DNA from: a virus
DNA: 48,136 nt
Strand: one strand, 5' to 3'
IMG/VR virus record: IMGVR_UViG_3300033977_000008
Span: 1-48,136 of that record
The position numbers and the translations under genes were made by a program. The notes under the pieces were generated by a model. The model was not told the origin of the DNA, made no database searches, and saw nothing but the letters and a program-made list of their open reading frames with translations. Positions 24,433 to 34,806 of this stretch are shown here, piece by piece (the stretch's first letter is position 1; every line of letters begins with the position of its first letter).

Positions 24433-24987
24433 ATGAAACTCAAAGGATTGCTTCTGATTCTGGCGCTTGCCATTAGCGCTTCTGCTTTCGGAACCGGAAC
24501 TTGTACGGTTACAGATGTCACAAGCACTCAAAACGCCAACAGTCGCGTGCCTGATTCCTGGACCGTAGATGTGATAGTTAAATGTACGGCTGATGGGAGC
24601 GGAAGCATTCCGTCTGCCACTAGCATCCCGATGAGCGGATCAACTAGTTCTTCCGGTCTAATCAATACCTACAATGTGTTTGGGTATTATTTATATCAAG
24701 TTGGGAGAACGCCAGGGAACGTCACAGGCTCAAATACTAGCTGCTCCGCGACATGCCCAACTGCCAACTACAGCACAACCATTACAGACGTCCAAGGATT
24801 CGCTCTTGATCTTGGTCTACTATCCTCAAATGGCAGTGCAACAGCAGCGCAGATGAATGTGATAGCAAATTCCACTACGAATTATCCTGTAGTAAGGAGC
24901 GGCAATTTGGTGCTTGGTGTTACTGGCAACACGAGTTCCAATCCTAATGCAGTAATTACTTTCGACCTGATCTTCAAATCTCAATAG
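24433..24987 (+). CDS. Secreted-type S/T-rich protein (signal peptide), fibre-associated
   Basis: SD GGGAGGA. N-terminus [20 protein letters not shown] is a classical Sec signal with an ASA cleavage motif. Many N-x-S/T sequons. Confidence 0.55.
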   Translation: MKLKGLLLILALAISASAFGTGTCTVTDVTSTQNANSRVPDSWTVDVIVKCTADGSGSIPSATSIPMSGSTSSSGLINTYNVFGYYLYQVGRTPGNVTGSNTSCSATCPTANYSTTITDVQGFALDLGLLSSNGSATAAQMNVIANSTTNYPVVRSGNLVLGVTGNTSSNPNAVITFDLIFKSQ

Positions 24988-24997
24988 TGAGACGAAC

Positions 24998-27900
24998 ATG
25001 AAAAAGTCACTCCGTTTTCTAATAGTCGTTCTCATATTAGCTAGTCGTTCATGGGCCATTCTGCCAGCGCCAACTGCAATTCCGAAGACGACGATTCCCA
25101 TTAGCGCCGCCTTTCAGCCTGCTGGGATTGTCATTGTAACAAACGGCGCGAATTCGTCTGATTGCGGCACAGGCTCCGGGACAACTTGGGTGGTATGCTT
25201 CTACACAGGCTCAGCGAACACTTGGAGTTCCGTAGCCCAGTCAGGCGTGAGCGGGGTGAGTTCGTTCAACGGGCGTACAGGCGCGGTTTCTCCAAGCACC
25301 AGCGATTATGCTCTTAGCCAGATCACGGCGACTATCAGTTCTCCATTGACCCTCAGCACGAATACACTATCCATTCCAGTTGCCACTTCAAGCGCAAGTG
25401 GATACCTAGCTTCAACTGACTGGTCTACGTTCAATGGTAAACAGGCCGCACTCTCAAGTGTCTCTGGGGTTAGCCATAGATGGATCAACTCATTTACGGC
25501 ACCGAATACTTTTGGACAAACACAACCAGCTTCAAGTGACCTGTCAGATTACGGATCAGTCTCTCCGTCGTCTCTGTTTGGGAGTGCCAATTCCTGTATC
25601 ACTCTAGGCTCGACCAATGTTTGTCTTGGAAACTCGATCAGTAGTGCCACCGGATTTAACTCCGCAACTGCTTCTGCAATAGCCGGAAGTCCAACTAACG
25701 GACAATACTGGGGCTACAACGGTACTTCGCAGGGTTGGTACACGCCTGCCGGCAGTGGCACCATTACTGGCGTAACGGCGGGCACCGGACTTTCAGGAGG
25801 AGGAACGAGCGGCAGCGTGACGCTATCCTTAGCTAATCCTGTTACTGAGGGAGCGGTAGTCAAAACCGCTGCTTACACTATTACCTCTACGGACCTAGGT
25901 GCGCTGATCGTGATGAATTGCTCTTCTACTTGCGCAGTTACGTTGCCAGGCACGCCCCCAGGTGCGCCCTGGTCAGTCGAGGTAGAGAGCATCGGATCAA
26001 CACTGGCAACCGTGAGTCTGAATGGCAACACTTGGAATGGCGGTAGTTCCGCACCAACGCTAAACAGCTACGATACGTTGGTTGTTTTCTCAAGCGGTTC
26101 TGCTTACTACGGGGTCGGCCCTTATCTCGCTGGAACGGGCTTAACATTCACGGCCGGGAGCGGTAATGGAACTTTCAGTATGACCAACACAGCGGCGACT
26201 GTGAATGGTCAAACCTGCACGTTGGGATCAAACTGCAACGTCAACAGTGGTGCGGCACAATACAGTGTTGCAATCAATGAGGGAGCGGGCGCGGCACTAG
26301 CAGGAGTAGGCCCCGGAACTGTAACGGGAGTACCACTCATTTCACAAGCAAGCGCGGCTCCAGTTTACGGCGCACTCAATCTCGGCGGTGGCTCAAATAT
26401 CATCACAGGAAATCTGCCTGTCGGCAACCTGAATAACGGCACGAGCGCGAGTAGTTCAACATTCTGGCGGGGAGACGGAACCTGGGCTACGCCGTCAGGA
26501 TCGGGCAACGTCAGTACTTCCGGCGTTATCACTACGGGCAGTTTGGCAGAGTGGGCATCAGGTACGACGATTGAGACCGGTAATCTGTCGGCAGACGTGA
26601 CGACAAGTGGCTCGATGGCAGCCACAGTAGTAGCTCTCAGAGGAATTTCCCTCCCTACGTTAGCGTCCAGCACCGGGTATTTATTCGATAATAATGGTTC
26701 CCTTGCTCTTCAGACACCAAGCAACTATACGGTCCAGATTGCAGGAACTGGACTTACCGCAGGCGATACGGTCAATTTCAACGCTTCAACCCCAGCACCG
26801 CAAAGCAATTACGCCAATGTGACTTTCCAGACCAGCAAAAGTAGCAATACCGATAGTGTCAGCGCAGAAATGCCCTACTCTACCACATCAGCCTACGGGG
26901 TTGCGGAACTGGGGTCTCTTTGCACAGGAGTTCAGTATTCGCAAGGGCTGAGCAATGGCAATAATAATTGTGCGAATACTCCTGATATTGGACTGACTCA
27001 GTATGGAGTTTTGGAAGGGGGTGGTTCGGGAAGCGGTCCGGTTGCTTCTGCTGACTTCACAATCGGATCAACAGCCCACACTCTGAAATCAGGTGCGTCA
27101 GGACTTGTTGATTTGAGCGCGGCTACTGGGACTGCGGCTTTTAAGGTCCCATCCAACTCTTCTAACACTGCCTCGGCAGCAGGCGCTTTAGTGTTCGATA
27201 CCACAAACAAAGATTATCACGGCTATATTAACAGCGCGGATTCACGCCTTGCGGCCTATGCCACGACTTTGACACCAACTGCTGGATACGGAGCGACATG
27301 GGTTGCTGCTGGTAGCGCTTGGACGTTAGGTTCAAGCGTCTTCCCGACAGTAACTGGGGGAACGTGTAGCAGTCAGTGGGTAACAGGCATCAGTTCGACT
27401 GCTGTGCCAACTTGCACAAGTTTGACGCTGGACCTCGTGGGAAGTGCAGCAGCGTCAAAAACATTTGCGGATGGCAATTATACCTTAGCTTTCAATTCGG
27501 CGACCACCACAGGTTCACAGACGGCAGTTTCTTTTGGCGAAACCTCGGCAGCAAGCGGGTCCGGTGACATTGAAGTTGGAATCTCCACATCTAGCGGCTC
27601 CACGGCAATCCCACTGAAAGTTACTCAATCGGCGGCAGCATCCGGGACAAATACCCCGAATGTTGTGTCAGTAAACGCGGCCATCGGCGGCGGCCCAGCA
27701 AGTGTCACAAGCGCAGGAAATACAGGCGGGGGATTTACAGGGAGTTTTGCAGCGGCTGGCTCTGCCGGGGGAAGTACATCTGGGAATGGAGGAAATGGTG
27801 GTAGTGGAACACTTACGCTTGGTGGGGCTGGGGGTGGTGCCACGTCGGGAACAGGAGGTACTGGAGGTTCATCCACATTAGTCCTTGCGGGCGCTGGTGG

Positions 27901-28882
27901 CTCGCCTACGGCTGGCGCTGGAGGTACGGCTGGTGCGGGAACATTTACTTGTGGCGGGGCGGGTGGAACAGGTGCAAGTTCAAACAATGCTGGAGCGGCT
28001 GGCGGTTCTTGTACGATTACGGCAGGCGCGGGAGGGAATAGTGCGGGAACTGCCAATAATGCCAGCGGGGGGAACATTGTACTGACACCAGGAGCGGCTG
28101 GCACAGGGGGCTCAGGCACAGCGGGCTCAGCCGGAGTCGTTCAAGTTACTACGCTTGGTGCGGGCGTAGCGCATCTAAACGCCTCGGGCAATCTAACGAG
28201 TTCATCTGTAATTTCATCCGACGTGAATAGCACTGTGATGATCGACGGAGCAAACACCACTACGACTGCCGGTAAGATTCCCTTCTCGACTACTACAGCG
28301 GGCAGTTATACTCCTGGTGATTTCATAGACTCGAAAGAATTTCCCGCGGCGACCTGCAACAGTACGACCGGCGGCAGCGGTTGGAATCTACCAGCATCAA
28401 ACGGATTTACGGTTGGGACCTGCCCGGAAATATCGGGTGGAAACCACAACGTGGGCTATGTATCTGCCACTCAATCCACATCCGCCGAGACACAGATTTT
28501 TCACATTCCCACGAACTGGGACTCGACGGCGGCGATGTACGCAAGCCTCAGCTTCGACCAGGGCAACTACACAACAAGTGGTTCCTCGATCATCTTGAGC
28601 ATCGCTGTGGCCTGCATCCCATCGTCGGGCGCCACCAGCAATCCGTCCTACCAGAGCGCGCAGGCATTCCCGACCGCCACGACAACCACGACGGCCTACA
28701 CGTACTTTTCGGCGAGCGCTGAGTACCTTACGCTGAACTCCACCAGCCTCACGAACTGCTACGCCGGGGGAGACGCGTTCTTCAAGATCAGCCGTGGATC
28801 GAGCGACACGGCAGCAGTGACCCCGAACATCTTCACCATGACGCTTGGCGTCCCACTCCTAAATACGGGGCAGGCACAATGA
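24998..28882 (+). CDS. Tail fibre protein (1294 aa) with an N-terminal Sec-type signal peptide and a Gly-rich solenoid region
   Basis: Tail-fibre motifs [21 protein letters not shown] and [14 protein letters not shown]-rich. GGxGG repeats over about 27700..28130. N-terminus [20 protein letters not shown]. Confidence 0.7.
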   Translation: MKKSLRFLIVVLILASRSWAILPAPTAIPKTTIPISAAFQPAGIVIVTNGANSSDCGTGSGTTWVVCFYTGSANTWSSVAQSGVSGVSSFNGRTGAVSPSTSDYALSQITATISSPLTLSTNTLSIPVATSSASGYLASTDWSTFNGKQAALSSVSGVSHRWINSFTAPNTFGQTQPASSDLSDYGSVSPSSLFGSANSCITLGSTNVCLGNSISSATGFNSATASAIAGSPTNGQYWGYNGTSQGWYTPAGSGTITGVTAGTGLSGGGTSGSVTLSLANPVTEGAVVKTAAYTITSTDLGALIVMNCSSTCAVTLPGTPPGAPWSVEVESIGSTLATVSLNGNTWNGGSSAPTLNSYDTLVVFSSGSAYYGVGPYLAGTGLTFTAGSGNGTFSMTNTAATVNGQTCTLGSNCNVNSGAAQYSVAINEGAGAALAGVGPGTVTGVPLISQASAAPVYGALNLGGGSNIITGNLPVGNLNNGTSASSSTFWRGDGTWATPSGSGNVSTSGVITTGSLAEWASGTTIETGNLSADVTTSGSMAATVVALRGISLPTLASSTGYLFDNNGSLALQTPSNYTVQIAGTGLTAGDTVNFNASTPAPQSNYANVTFQTSKSSNTDSVSAEMPYSTTSAYGVAELGSLCTGVQYSQGLSNGNNNCANTPDIGLTQYGVLEGGGSGSGPVASADFTIGSTAHTLKSGASGLVDLSAATGTAAFKVPSNSSNTASAAGALVFDTTNKDYHGYINSADSRLAAYATTLTPTAGYGATWVAAGSAWTLGSSVFPTVTGGTCSSQWVTGISSTAVPTCTSLTLDLVGSAAASKTFADGNYTLAFNSATTTGSQTAVSFGETSAASGSGDIEVGISTSSGSTAIPLKVTQSAAASGTNTPNVVSVNAAIGGGPASVTSAGNTGGGFTGSFAAAGSAGGSTSGNGGNGGSGTLTLGGAGGGATSGTGGTGGSSTLVLAGAGGSPTAGAGGTAGAGTFTCGGAGGTGASSNNAGAAGGSCTITAGAGGNSAGTANNASGGNIVLTPGAAGTGGSGTAGSAGVVQVTTLGAGVAHLNASGNLTSSSVISSDVNSTVMIDGANTTTTAGKIPFSTTTAGSYTPGDFIDSKEFPAATCNSTTGGSGWNLPASNGFTVGTCPEISGGNHNVGYVSATQSTSAETQIFHIPTNWDSTAAMYASLSFDQGNYTTSGSSIILSIAVACIPSSGATSNPSYQSAQAFPTATTTTTAYTYFSASAEYLTLNSTSLTNCYAGGDAFFKISRGSSDTAAVTPNIFTMTLGVPLLNTGQAQ

Positions 28883-30471
28883 GACGGGCATTCCTAGTTC
28901 TGGTTCTGATACTTTGGCCTTCTACTAAAGAAGCACAGCAGATTTATCCCGCGGGCACGGCCTTCCAGGAGAACTTCGGCAATAATGGGGTTAACCCACA
29001 GCCTTGCTGGTCAGGCGGAACGGGTTCCGCAGCTCAGTGTATTCAACAGTGGTATGTAAGTTCGGGAAGTGGTCAAAGTATTGTCACGGCACCGAGCGGG
29101 TGGAGCGGCAACGCCCTAGAACTTGCTTCAGCAACTACTGCGAACAAGCTCATAACCGCCGGAACCATGCCGCTAGTGCCGCTGAATAGTGGATTTACTT
29201 TCACGATGACTGCGAATTTATCAGCCTACCCAAGTTCCTACACAGAGTTGGCTAGATTTCGTTCTTACTGGACATCGGGTAACATCGAGGGGCAGATCCA
29301 GGCATATACAGGCGGGTTTGAATTCCCTAACGGTACTACCTGTACCGCGTCCGCGAATGCGGGCCATACGCTTAAGGAAACTAGCAACGGAACTACCATG
29401 TACGGCTACATTGATGGTACGCAATGCGGTAGTTCCTGGGCCGATCCTGGATATCCTATTGGGTCTATTGAGGTTGGAGGGGGCAACGGTTACAACACCT
29501 TTATTCAAACCATCACACTGAATGGCACAACAGTAACCGGTCAGTGGCCTCCGTCGTTCTATGTCAACTTCAACGGGCAGTACGGAAATTCCGTGACTGC
29601 CTCCACCTTGCAATCCGGCACACCCTGCAACTTCAACGCGCAAAACGCAAACGCGACGGGCGATTGGGCGGTTAGCACATTGACGGGTATCTCATATAGC
29701 TACGTGCAAGGTGGTCAACCTTTCCCCAGTAATCTCAGCGCCTGCGGCGGGTCATACACCGGCAACGTAAACGTCGCCCTCGACATGAACGTCACGACCA
29801 CATCGGGAGCGGAAGGCTACTGGGGAGAGACATTCTACACTTCATACCCCAACTTGAGCTGCGGGGTTTACATACGAATAAATCCCACTGGGACACTCGG
29901 CGCGTCTGGGAATATAGATACGCTACTATTGGGCGCGAGTAGCGACGAGTATAATTCGCAGTATTACACAGGTAGCGGCACAAATTTCGTCGTCCATTTT
30001 GAGAACCAGCAGGGTGGAGGCAGCGCTCCGGCAACCAGTACCATTACGACGAACATATATTACTGGGAGACGTTTGATGTAACTGGGTCGGGTGGAACCA
30101 ACTATCTGTGGCTTTTCAACATCAACTCTAGCGGCCAAGTCACATCTTTAGTAAGTCAACTTACGGAGGCAGGCACCCATGAAGCCTTCGGCGGTGGAAC
30201 ATTTCTATTCAGGATCGGCAAGTTGGGTTCAGGAACGATCTCCAACGCCGCCGATGTGATCTACTCGAACGTGATCGTTTCGGCTGCTATGACCGCTGGC
30301 GGACCATTGATGCCTCCGGCAGGCGCGGCCTGCCCAGTGATAATTGGCCGACTATGTCAGCAAGAAAGCGACTTTGCAGAGGGCCGAGGGCTGCTGCCCA
30401 TCTTCCGCGTTGGCCTCTTAGACCCGCCGGTCAGGAGGCCACACACGATCACAGTGAATTGGCCGCAATGA
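28879..30471 (+). CDS. Fibre/receptor-binding-module protein with a signal peptide
   Basis: ATGA coupling to the fibre gene. N-terminus [21 protein letters not shown]. Beta-rich 530-aa body with a jelly-roll/lectin-like feel only. Confidence 0.45.
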   Translation: MRRAFLVLVLILWPSTKEAQQIYPAGTAFQENFGNNGVNPQPCWSGGTGSAAQCIQQWYVSSGSGQSIVTAPSGWSGNALELASATTANKLITAGTMPLVPLNSGFTFTMTANLSAYPSSYTELARFRSYWTSGNIEGQIQAYTGGFEFPNGTTCTASANAGHTLKETSNGTTMYGYIDGTQCGSSWADPGYPIGSIEVGGGNGYNTFIQTITLNGTTVTGQWPPSFYVNFNGQYGNSVTASTLQSGTPCNFNAQNANATGDWAVSTLTGISYSYVQGGQPFPSNLSACGGSYTGNVNVALDMNVTTTSGAEGYWGETFYTSYPNLSCGVYIRINPTGTLGASGNIDTLLLGASSDEYNSQYYTGSGTNFVVHFENQQGGGSAPATSTITTNIYYWETFDVTGSGGTNYLWLFNINSSGQVTSLVSQLTEAGTHEAFGGGTFLFRIGKLGSGTISNAADVIYSNVIVSAAMTAGGPLMPPAGAACPVIIGRLCQQESDFAEGRGLLPIFRVGLLDPPVRRPHTITVNWPQ

Positions 30472-30510
30472 ACGCGAAAAGACTACTCCAGTAGTTCGCT
30501 CAGATTTACA

Positions 30511-30759
30511 ATGGATGAATCGCGCCCAATCGCCAGAACCGCAAGGCAGAGGCGGCAATTTGCTCACAAGCTCACAGGCCGAGAATTAGATGTGATAAAG
30601 ATGCTGCTAGACGATATGCACCCAAAAGAGATTGCAACCGAACTCGGCGTAAGCTATCAAACTGTGAAGAACCATCTGAGGAATGTTCGTCAAGTCTTAG
30701 GTATTAGAACTACGCTAGGCTTAGGCGCGTACTTGTTGCGTGAGGGCGTCATAAGATAA
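30511..30759 (+). CDS. LuxR/GerE-type HTH transcription regulator, stand-alone DNA-binding domain (82 aa)
   Basis: LTGRELDVIKMLLDDMHPKEIATELGVSYQTVKNHLRNVRQVLG matches the LuxR C-terminal HTH signature. No receiver or ligand domain. Confidence 0.8.
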   Translation: MDESRPIARTARQRRQFAHKLTGRELDVIKMLLDDMHPKEIATELGVSYQTVKNHLRNVRQVLGIRTTLGLGAYLLREGVIR

Positions 30760-30768
30760 GGAGCAACT

Positions 30769-32988
30769 ATGAAAATGTCAAAAGCGACTGCTGCAATAAT
30801 CCTCTTCCTAATCTCAGGCAGTACCCTGTTTGGCACAGTCACGAGTACGAATAACAGCGTGACGTATACCTGCTCCAATTCGACTGGGCCATTCTCTTTT
30901 AGCTTCCCAGCCTACGATGCGGGCAGTATCCAAGTCATTGAAACGGTTGGTACTACGTCCACAACGATTCCTTCCAGTCAGTACACGATTACTATAGTCA
31001 ACCATTCCTTCGCAAACGGTGGGAGCATTTCACTTTCGACTGCTTGTGCTACCGGTAATTTGCTGACAATTCAGCGCGTGACTGAGGAAACGCAACTCAG
31101 CAGTTTTACTGAATATATGCCCGCGCTATACAAAACATTTGAGTACGGCCTTGACAAGCTCACAGAGGAAATCCAAGACCTTCCTAGCAGCGTAATTCCT
31201 ACTCTTCTTTCTACTTCTCTTGCCCTCAAGCCCGCCGTGGCGGATGCGGTGCAATACGTTTCAAAAAATGGGAGCGATTCAAACGATGGCTTCTCCGAGG
31301 GGAGCGCCGTGGCCGATATTGGGACTGCCTATGGTAATCTGCCGTCGTGCACGGTTGCAAACGACCTCAACCCTTTTACAAACCCTCCGTCAACGTACAA
31401 TTCCTACACGTTCTCTCATTGTGGCAAGATTTATGTTGCTGAGGGAACGTATACGGTTTCTTCCCAAATAACTATCTCGTCTCCGTTCGTCACTGTTGAG
31501 GGCCAAGGGCAGGGTGCGGTTATAAACTGGATCGGTACAGCCGGAACCGCAATTAAGTGGACCTCCAGCCCATTCGCGCATGAATTTATAAATGCCGGTG
31601 GTCTATTCAACGTGCGGATTGATGGGTACAACGGGTCAGCCGGGACGTGGGGGCTCAACACTTATAACCTCTCCAGCTTCCATGCAGCGCGGGTTACTAT
31701 CGCCAACTTTAGCGGCTCCGGTTCAGGCTGTTGGAATAACACGATGGATTCTGGGTGGAATGAGAAATACGACGTGGAAATTACCACCGACAACTGCACA
31801 ACTCATTGGCAAGTTCAGAGGCTTTCGACTGGGAGCGGAAGTACTTACGGATACGGTAGATTCGAGGTTAAAAGCATCATTTACGCAGGCCAAACAGGCT
31901 TCGTGCTCGATGGAGGCACGCAAGGTAGCCTCTCGTTTGATAACTCCTTTTTTCATTATGTCGCCAACGAGGTTTCAAACACAGCGAACGACACCGTGAT
32001 GTTGCTTCGCAACGGAGCAAGCATGATTGATAACGTGTGCCAGATACATATGGAGGCTCCTTACGGGATCGGCACTGGAAATGAGATCAACATATCTAGT
32101 AACAGCAGCTTCGCTTGTGCCGGCGAACTCGACCAAGCCTCCCCAAGTTCAAACCTCCTATCAGGCGGCTTTAATGTCTTTAATCCGTTGCAGGCCTGGT
32201 TGCAATTCCGCGGCGACCGCCAAGTATCACTGCTTGACAGTGACTTTGAACTCAGCGGCTCAGGCACGTACCCGGTGGGCCTTCCCCCGGTGGGTTGGAC
32301 ACCAAGCAATTCACCTACATTGGCGTATGAAACGAGCACGGCTTACAACGGCAAAACTCGTTCCCTCAAGATCACAGGCTCAACGCAATACGAAGGGGTT
32401 TTCAGCCAGAACTTTCCGGTTGCCGCTGGCGATACTTATTCAATCCAATGCGCTGCCAAATCGGATGGAACCGGGACAGCCGATTGCAACGTTCAGTTCA
32501 AAAATGAGAGTGGAAGTAACTTAGCTTCAGCAAGCGCCACAACTATGTCCACTAGTTGGACAGCCTTGAGCGCCTCGGCAACAGCTCCGGCAAACGCAAC
32601 CTATGGAACCGTTGTCCTTCAGAACGATACATCGGCTGGTGCCGGTGCTACATGGTTCGACGACATTGTGGTGCGCAAGGTTGACTTTTCTGTGCTTGTA
32701 GCAAGTGGAAGACAGGCTAGCCTTTCTGGTACGGGAGCCTGTGCGACGATTACAACTCAAAAGGGTGGATCGTGGGCGGGATCATTCGTTTGTACCGGAA
32801 CAACCGGAACGAGCACGATAACGGTTACGGCGGGTCCAACCGCGCCAAACGGTTGGGTACTCACGGCCTACGACATGAATGATGGCGTGCATGGCGCGCA
32901 AACCGCCTACACGACGACTACGGCCTCCGCTAGCTTTTCCAGCGTGACGCAAAACGCCGTTTTGACCTTCACGCTAACGGCTTTCTAA
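30769..32988 (+). CDS. Tailspike/depolymerase-like protein: signal peptide, beta-helix-like core, C-terminal CBM-like jelly roll
   Basis: SD AAGGAG. N-terminus MKMSKATAAIILFLISGSTLFG. VQYVSKNGSDSNDG... resembles pectate-lyase-fold spikes. The C-terminal DSDFE...WT...Y.G..SLKI...W.DD.V pattern is CBM4/9-like. Confidence 0.5.
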   Translation: MKMSKATAAIILFLISGSTLFGTVTSTNNSVTYTCSNSTGPFSFSFPAYDAGSIQVIETVGTTSTTIPSSQYTITIVNHSFANGGSISLSTACATGNLLTIQRVTEETQLSSFTEYMPALYKTFEYGLDKLTEEIQDLPSSVIPTLLSTSLALKPAVADAVQYVSKNGSDSNDGFSEGSAVADIGTAYGNLPSCTVANDLNPFTNPPSTYNSYTFSHCGKIYVAEGTYTVSSQITISSPFVTVEGQGQGAVINWIGTAGTAIKWTSSPFAHEFINAGGLFNVRIDGYNGSAGTWGLNTYNLSSFHAARVTIANFSGSGSGCWNNTMDSGWNEKYDVEITTDNCTTHWQVQRLSTGSGSTYGYGRFEVKSIIYAGQTGFVLDGGTQGSLSFDNSFFHYVANEVSNTANDTVMLLRNGASMIDNVCQIHMEAPYGIGTGNEINISSNSSFACAGELDQASPSSNLLSGGFNVFNPLQAWLQFRGDRQVSLLDSDFELSGSGTYPVGLPPVGWTPSNSPTLAYETSTAYNGKTRSLKITGSTQYEGVFSQNFPVAAGDTYSIQCAAKSDGTGTADCNVQFKNESGSNLASASATTMSTSWTALSASATAPANATYGTVVLQNDTSAGAGATWFDDIVVRKVDFSVLVASGRQASLSGTGACATITTQKGGSWAGSFVCTGTTGTSTITVTAGPTAPNGWVLTAYDMNDGVHGAQTAYTTTTASASFSSVTQNAVLTFTLTAF

Positions 32989-33028
32989 CATGTTGACCTT
33001 CAACCTGTGTGGACTCTGAGGAAACCAA

Positions 33029-33373
33029 ATGCCTGAAAAACGCCGGTGGATTGACTGGCACATGACGCTGGGAGAAGTGATTCTCTGTATTCCAGTACTT
33101 TTGTTGCTCATTGGCGGCATCTACGGATGGCTCAAAAACAACTGGACTACAGAACAGTGGCACAAAAAGGTTGAAAGCCAGCTTCTCCAAGTGCAGCAAG
33201 AACTTTCCACTCATGGTAGTGCTCTAAAAGACATCAAGGAATCTAATGCTCAACTTTGGTTTGTTGTAAAGACCTGGGCGGAGAACCGAAAAATCGTGCC
33301 CGTTCCTATCGGAAATGGAAACGAAAAACCACTTGACAACCAGGATGCTGTGGGAGTAAAACAGCCGCAATGA
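33029..33373 (+). CDS. Single-TM protein with a periplasmic coiled coil (holin or i-spanin-like lysis candidate)
   Basis: SD GAGGAAA. TM segment VILCIPVLLLLIGGIYGWL, then helix QLLQVQQELSTHGSALKDIKE. First gene after the fibre block. Confidence 0.4.
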   Translation: MPEKRRWIDWHMTLGEVILCIPVLLLLIGGIYGWLKNNWTTEQWHKKVESQLLQVQQELSTHGSALKDIKESNAQLWFVVKTWAENRKIVPVPIGNGNEKPLDNQDAVGVKQPQ

Positions 33374-33404
33374 GTGACCATTGCGATCCTTCTCGAGGCT
33401 CTCC

Positions 33405-33430
33405 GGGGCGAGGATTCGCACCCTCGCCCC
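33405..33430 (+). terminator. Perfect 9-bp GC-rich hairpin after ORF 33029..33373
   Basis: GGGGCGAGG-attcgcac-CCTCGCCCC. The T-run after it is weak (tctcggtt), so its role as an intrinsic terminator is uncertain. Confidence 0.4.
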
Positions 33431-33449
33431 TCTCGGTTAGAGGTGAGAA

Positions 33450-34250
33450 GTGAATATCATAGATGCGTTCTGGCTCTGGCGTAAATGGGCCAAGGTCTCG
33501 CAGAAATTAAACCAGGAGGAGAAATCAGACATGACAAGCAGTTGGAAAACAAGTCTCGTAGGTGTTCTCGGCGGAATTCTTTATCTGATCGTTCAACAGA
33601 TGAGCCAAGGCGTAAAACTCCGCGATGCAGTGCTTGCGGCAGCTATGGCTTTGCTCGGGATTCTCGCCAAAGACTTCAATGTAACGGGCGGCACAACGAA
33701 ACTCAGTATCTTTTTCGCCATCATTTTGACTTTGAGTGTTACGCATGCCCAAGCACAGACGCCACCGCCAAGCCCCGTTCCCACTCCCACACAATCTACA
33801 TTGAATTTCAACGTTGGGAGTTCGATCTTCGGTGTAGGCTCACAAGCAGCCGCAGATGTGATTTTGCAAATCAATCCTGGCATCAAGAACTCGGTCCTGA
33901 AGAATCTCAGCTTTATGACAGACTCCCTGTTAAATAGCGGCGCTAACTTCCAGTATTATGGCGGGGGAGTCTTGTTTCCGATTCCCAAGAATCCGTTTGC
34001 CAACACCGCGTTGAGTCCGCTGGGGTTCTATGCCAGAGGCACAGTCGGAATAGACAGACTTGCGCCTCCAACTGGTCCCGGAAGCCAGCATATCGCCTTG
34101 ATGGTTGGGGGCGGAGTAAACTGGAAACTCGCAAATGGAGTTCAGTTCAACATCGTCGAAGTTGACCTGCTCCGCGCGCCAGGTGCGCCTTGGGGAGCAA
34201 ACGCCGTTGCCGTGTCGGGCGGAATCTCATACTTCTTCGGGCAACATTAA
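33450..34250 (+). CDS. Fusion-like protein: two-TM holin-like N-terminus, internal signal-like segment, OMP-type beta-barrel domain
   Basis: The better start may be ATG 33531 (SD AGGAGGAG). SWKTSLVGVLGGILYLIV...AAAMALLGILAKDFNVTGG is holin-like. LSIFFAIILTLSVTHAQA/Q and a Pro-rich linker follow, then alternating beta pattern ending ISYFFGQH. Confidence 0.45.
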   Translation: MNIIDAFWLWRKWAKVSQKLNQEEKSDMTSSWKTSLVGVLGGILYLIVQQMSQGVKLRDAVLAAAMALLGILAKDFNVTGGTTKLSIFFAIILTLSVTHAQAQTPPPSPVPTPTQSTLNFNVGSSIFGVGSQAAADVILQINPGIKNSVLKNLSFMTDSLLNSGANFQYYGGGVLFPIPKNPFANTALSPLGFYARGTVGIDRLAPPTGPGSQHIALMVGGGVNWKLANGVQFNIVEVDLLRAPGAPWGANAVAVSGGISYFFGQH

Positions 34251-34356
34251 GGAATTCGGATATCAGCATCTCCGCTAATATGCTGGGCGTGGCCTATCGG
34301 CATAATTGCAATTGCGTGGATAGACCACAAAGTGTTTGGGAAGAAACAGCAGTACA

Positions 34357-34740
34357 ATGAGTAATCTGCTGCTGAAGCGTACAACTTTCTTGCCGAATTG
34401 TACTCAGGGAGAGTTGTATCTCGAAGGAACATTTAATTGCTATACATTAGAGCCCGCGAAACTTGACCCCCCTATAAAACCTCGGTGTATCCCGCCTGGC
34501 ACGTACCAGTTCGAGATTGCATACTCTCCGAAGCACGCACGGAATCTACCGATATTGGAGTCTGTCCCTGGCTTCGATGAGATTGAGATTCACGTTGGGA
34601 ATTTCCCGCAGGATACGCTTGGGTGCATTCTTGTCGGAAACCAGCAAGGCACCGCCGCAGTCTACGGCTCAGGCGCTGCATTTGAAGCACTGTTTCCTCA
34701 ACTGACGCCGGGAACAATAGAAATACTTGAATCTTCGTAA
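34357..34740 (+). CDS. DUF5675-like protein with a YkuD-type H...GC signature; candidate cell-wall hydrolase/endolysin
   Basis: TQGELYLEG..CYTLEP...IPPGTYQF...LESVPGFDEIEIHVGNFPQDTLGCILVG. The H-x(n)-(S/T)-x-GC-(I/V) pattern is as in L,D-transpeptidase-fold enzymes. Confidence 0.45.
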   Translation: MSNLLLKRTTFLPNCTQGELYLEGTFNCYTLEPAKLDPPIKPRCIPPGTYQFEIAYSPKHARNLPILESVPGFDEIEIHVGNFPQDTLGCILVGNQQGTAAVYGSGAAFEALFPQLTPGTIEILESS

Positions 34741-34770
34741 GTGGTTGAAAACACCCCAAATATAAATAGC

Positions 34771-34799
34771 TTGACAAACACCCTTAATGTGCTTACTAT
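34771..34799 (+). promoter_or_regulatory. Near-consensus sigma70 promoter with a leaderless start
   Basis: TTGACA (34771..34776)-N17-TACTAT (34794..34799). ATG 34807 lies 7 nt after the -10. Confidence 0.6.
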
Positions 34800-34806
34800 G
34801 CACATT

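Noticed and set aside
24998-32988. A diversity-generating retroelement, suspected because the head module looks BPP-1-like and the fibres are large.
   Set aside because: No reverse transcriptase ORF is recognisable anywhere in the genome. I could not see a template/variable repeat pair at the 3' end of any fibre gene or in the adjacent non-coding DNA.
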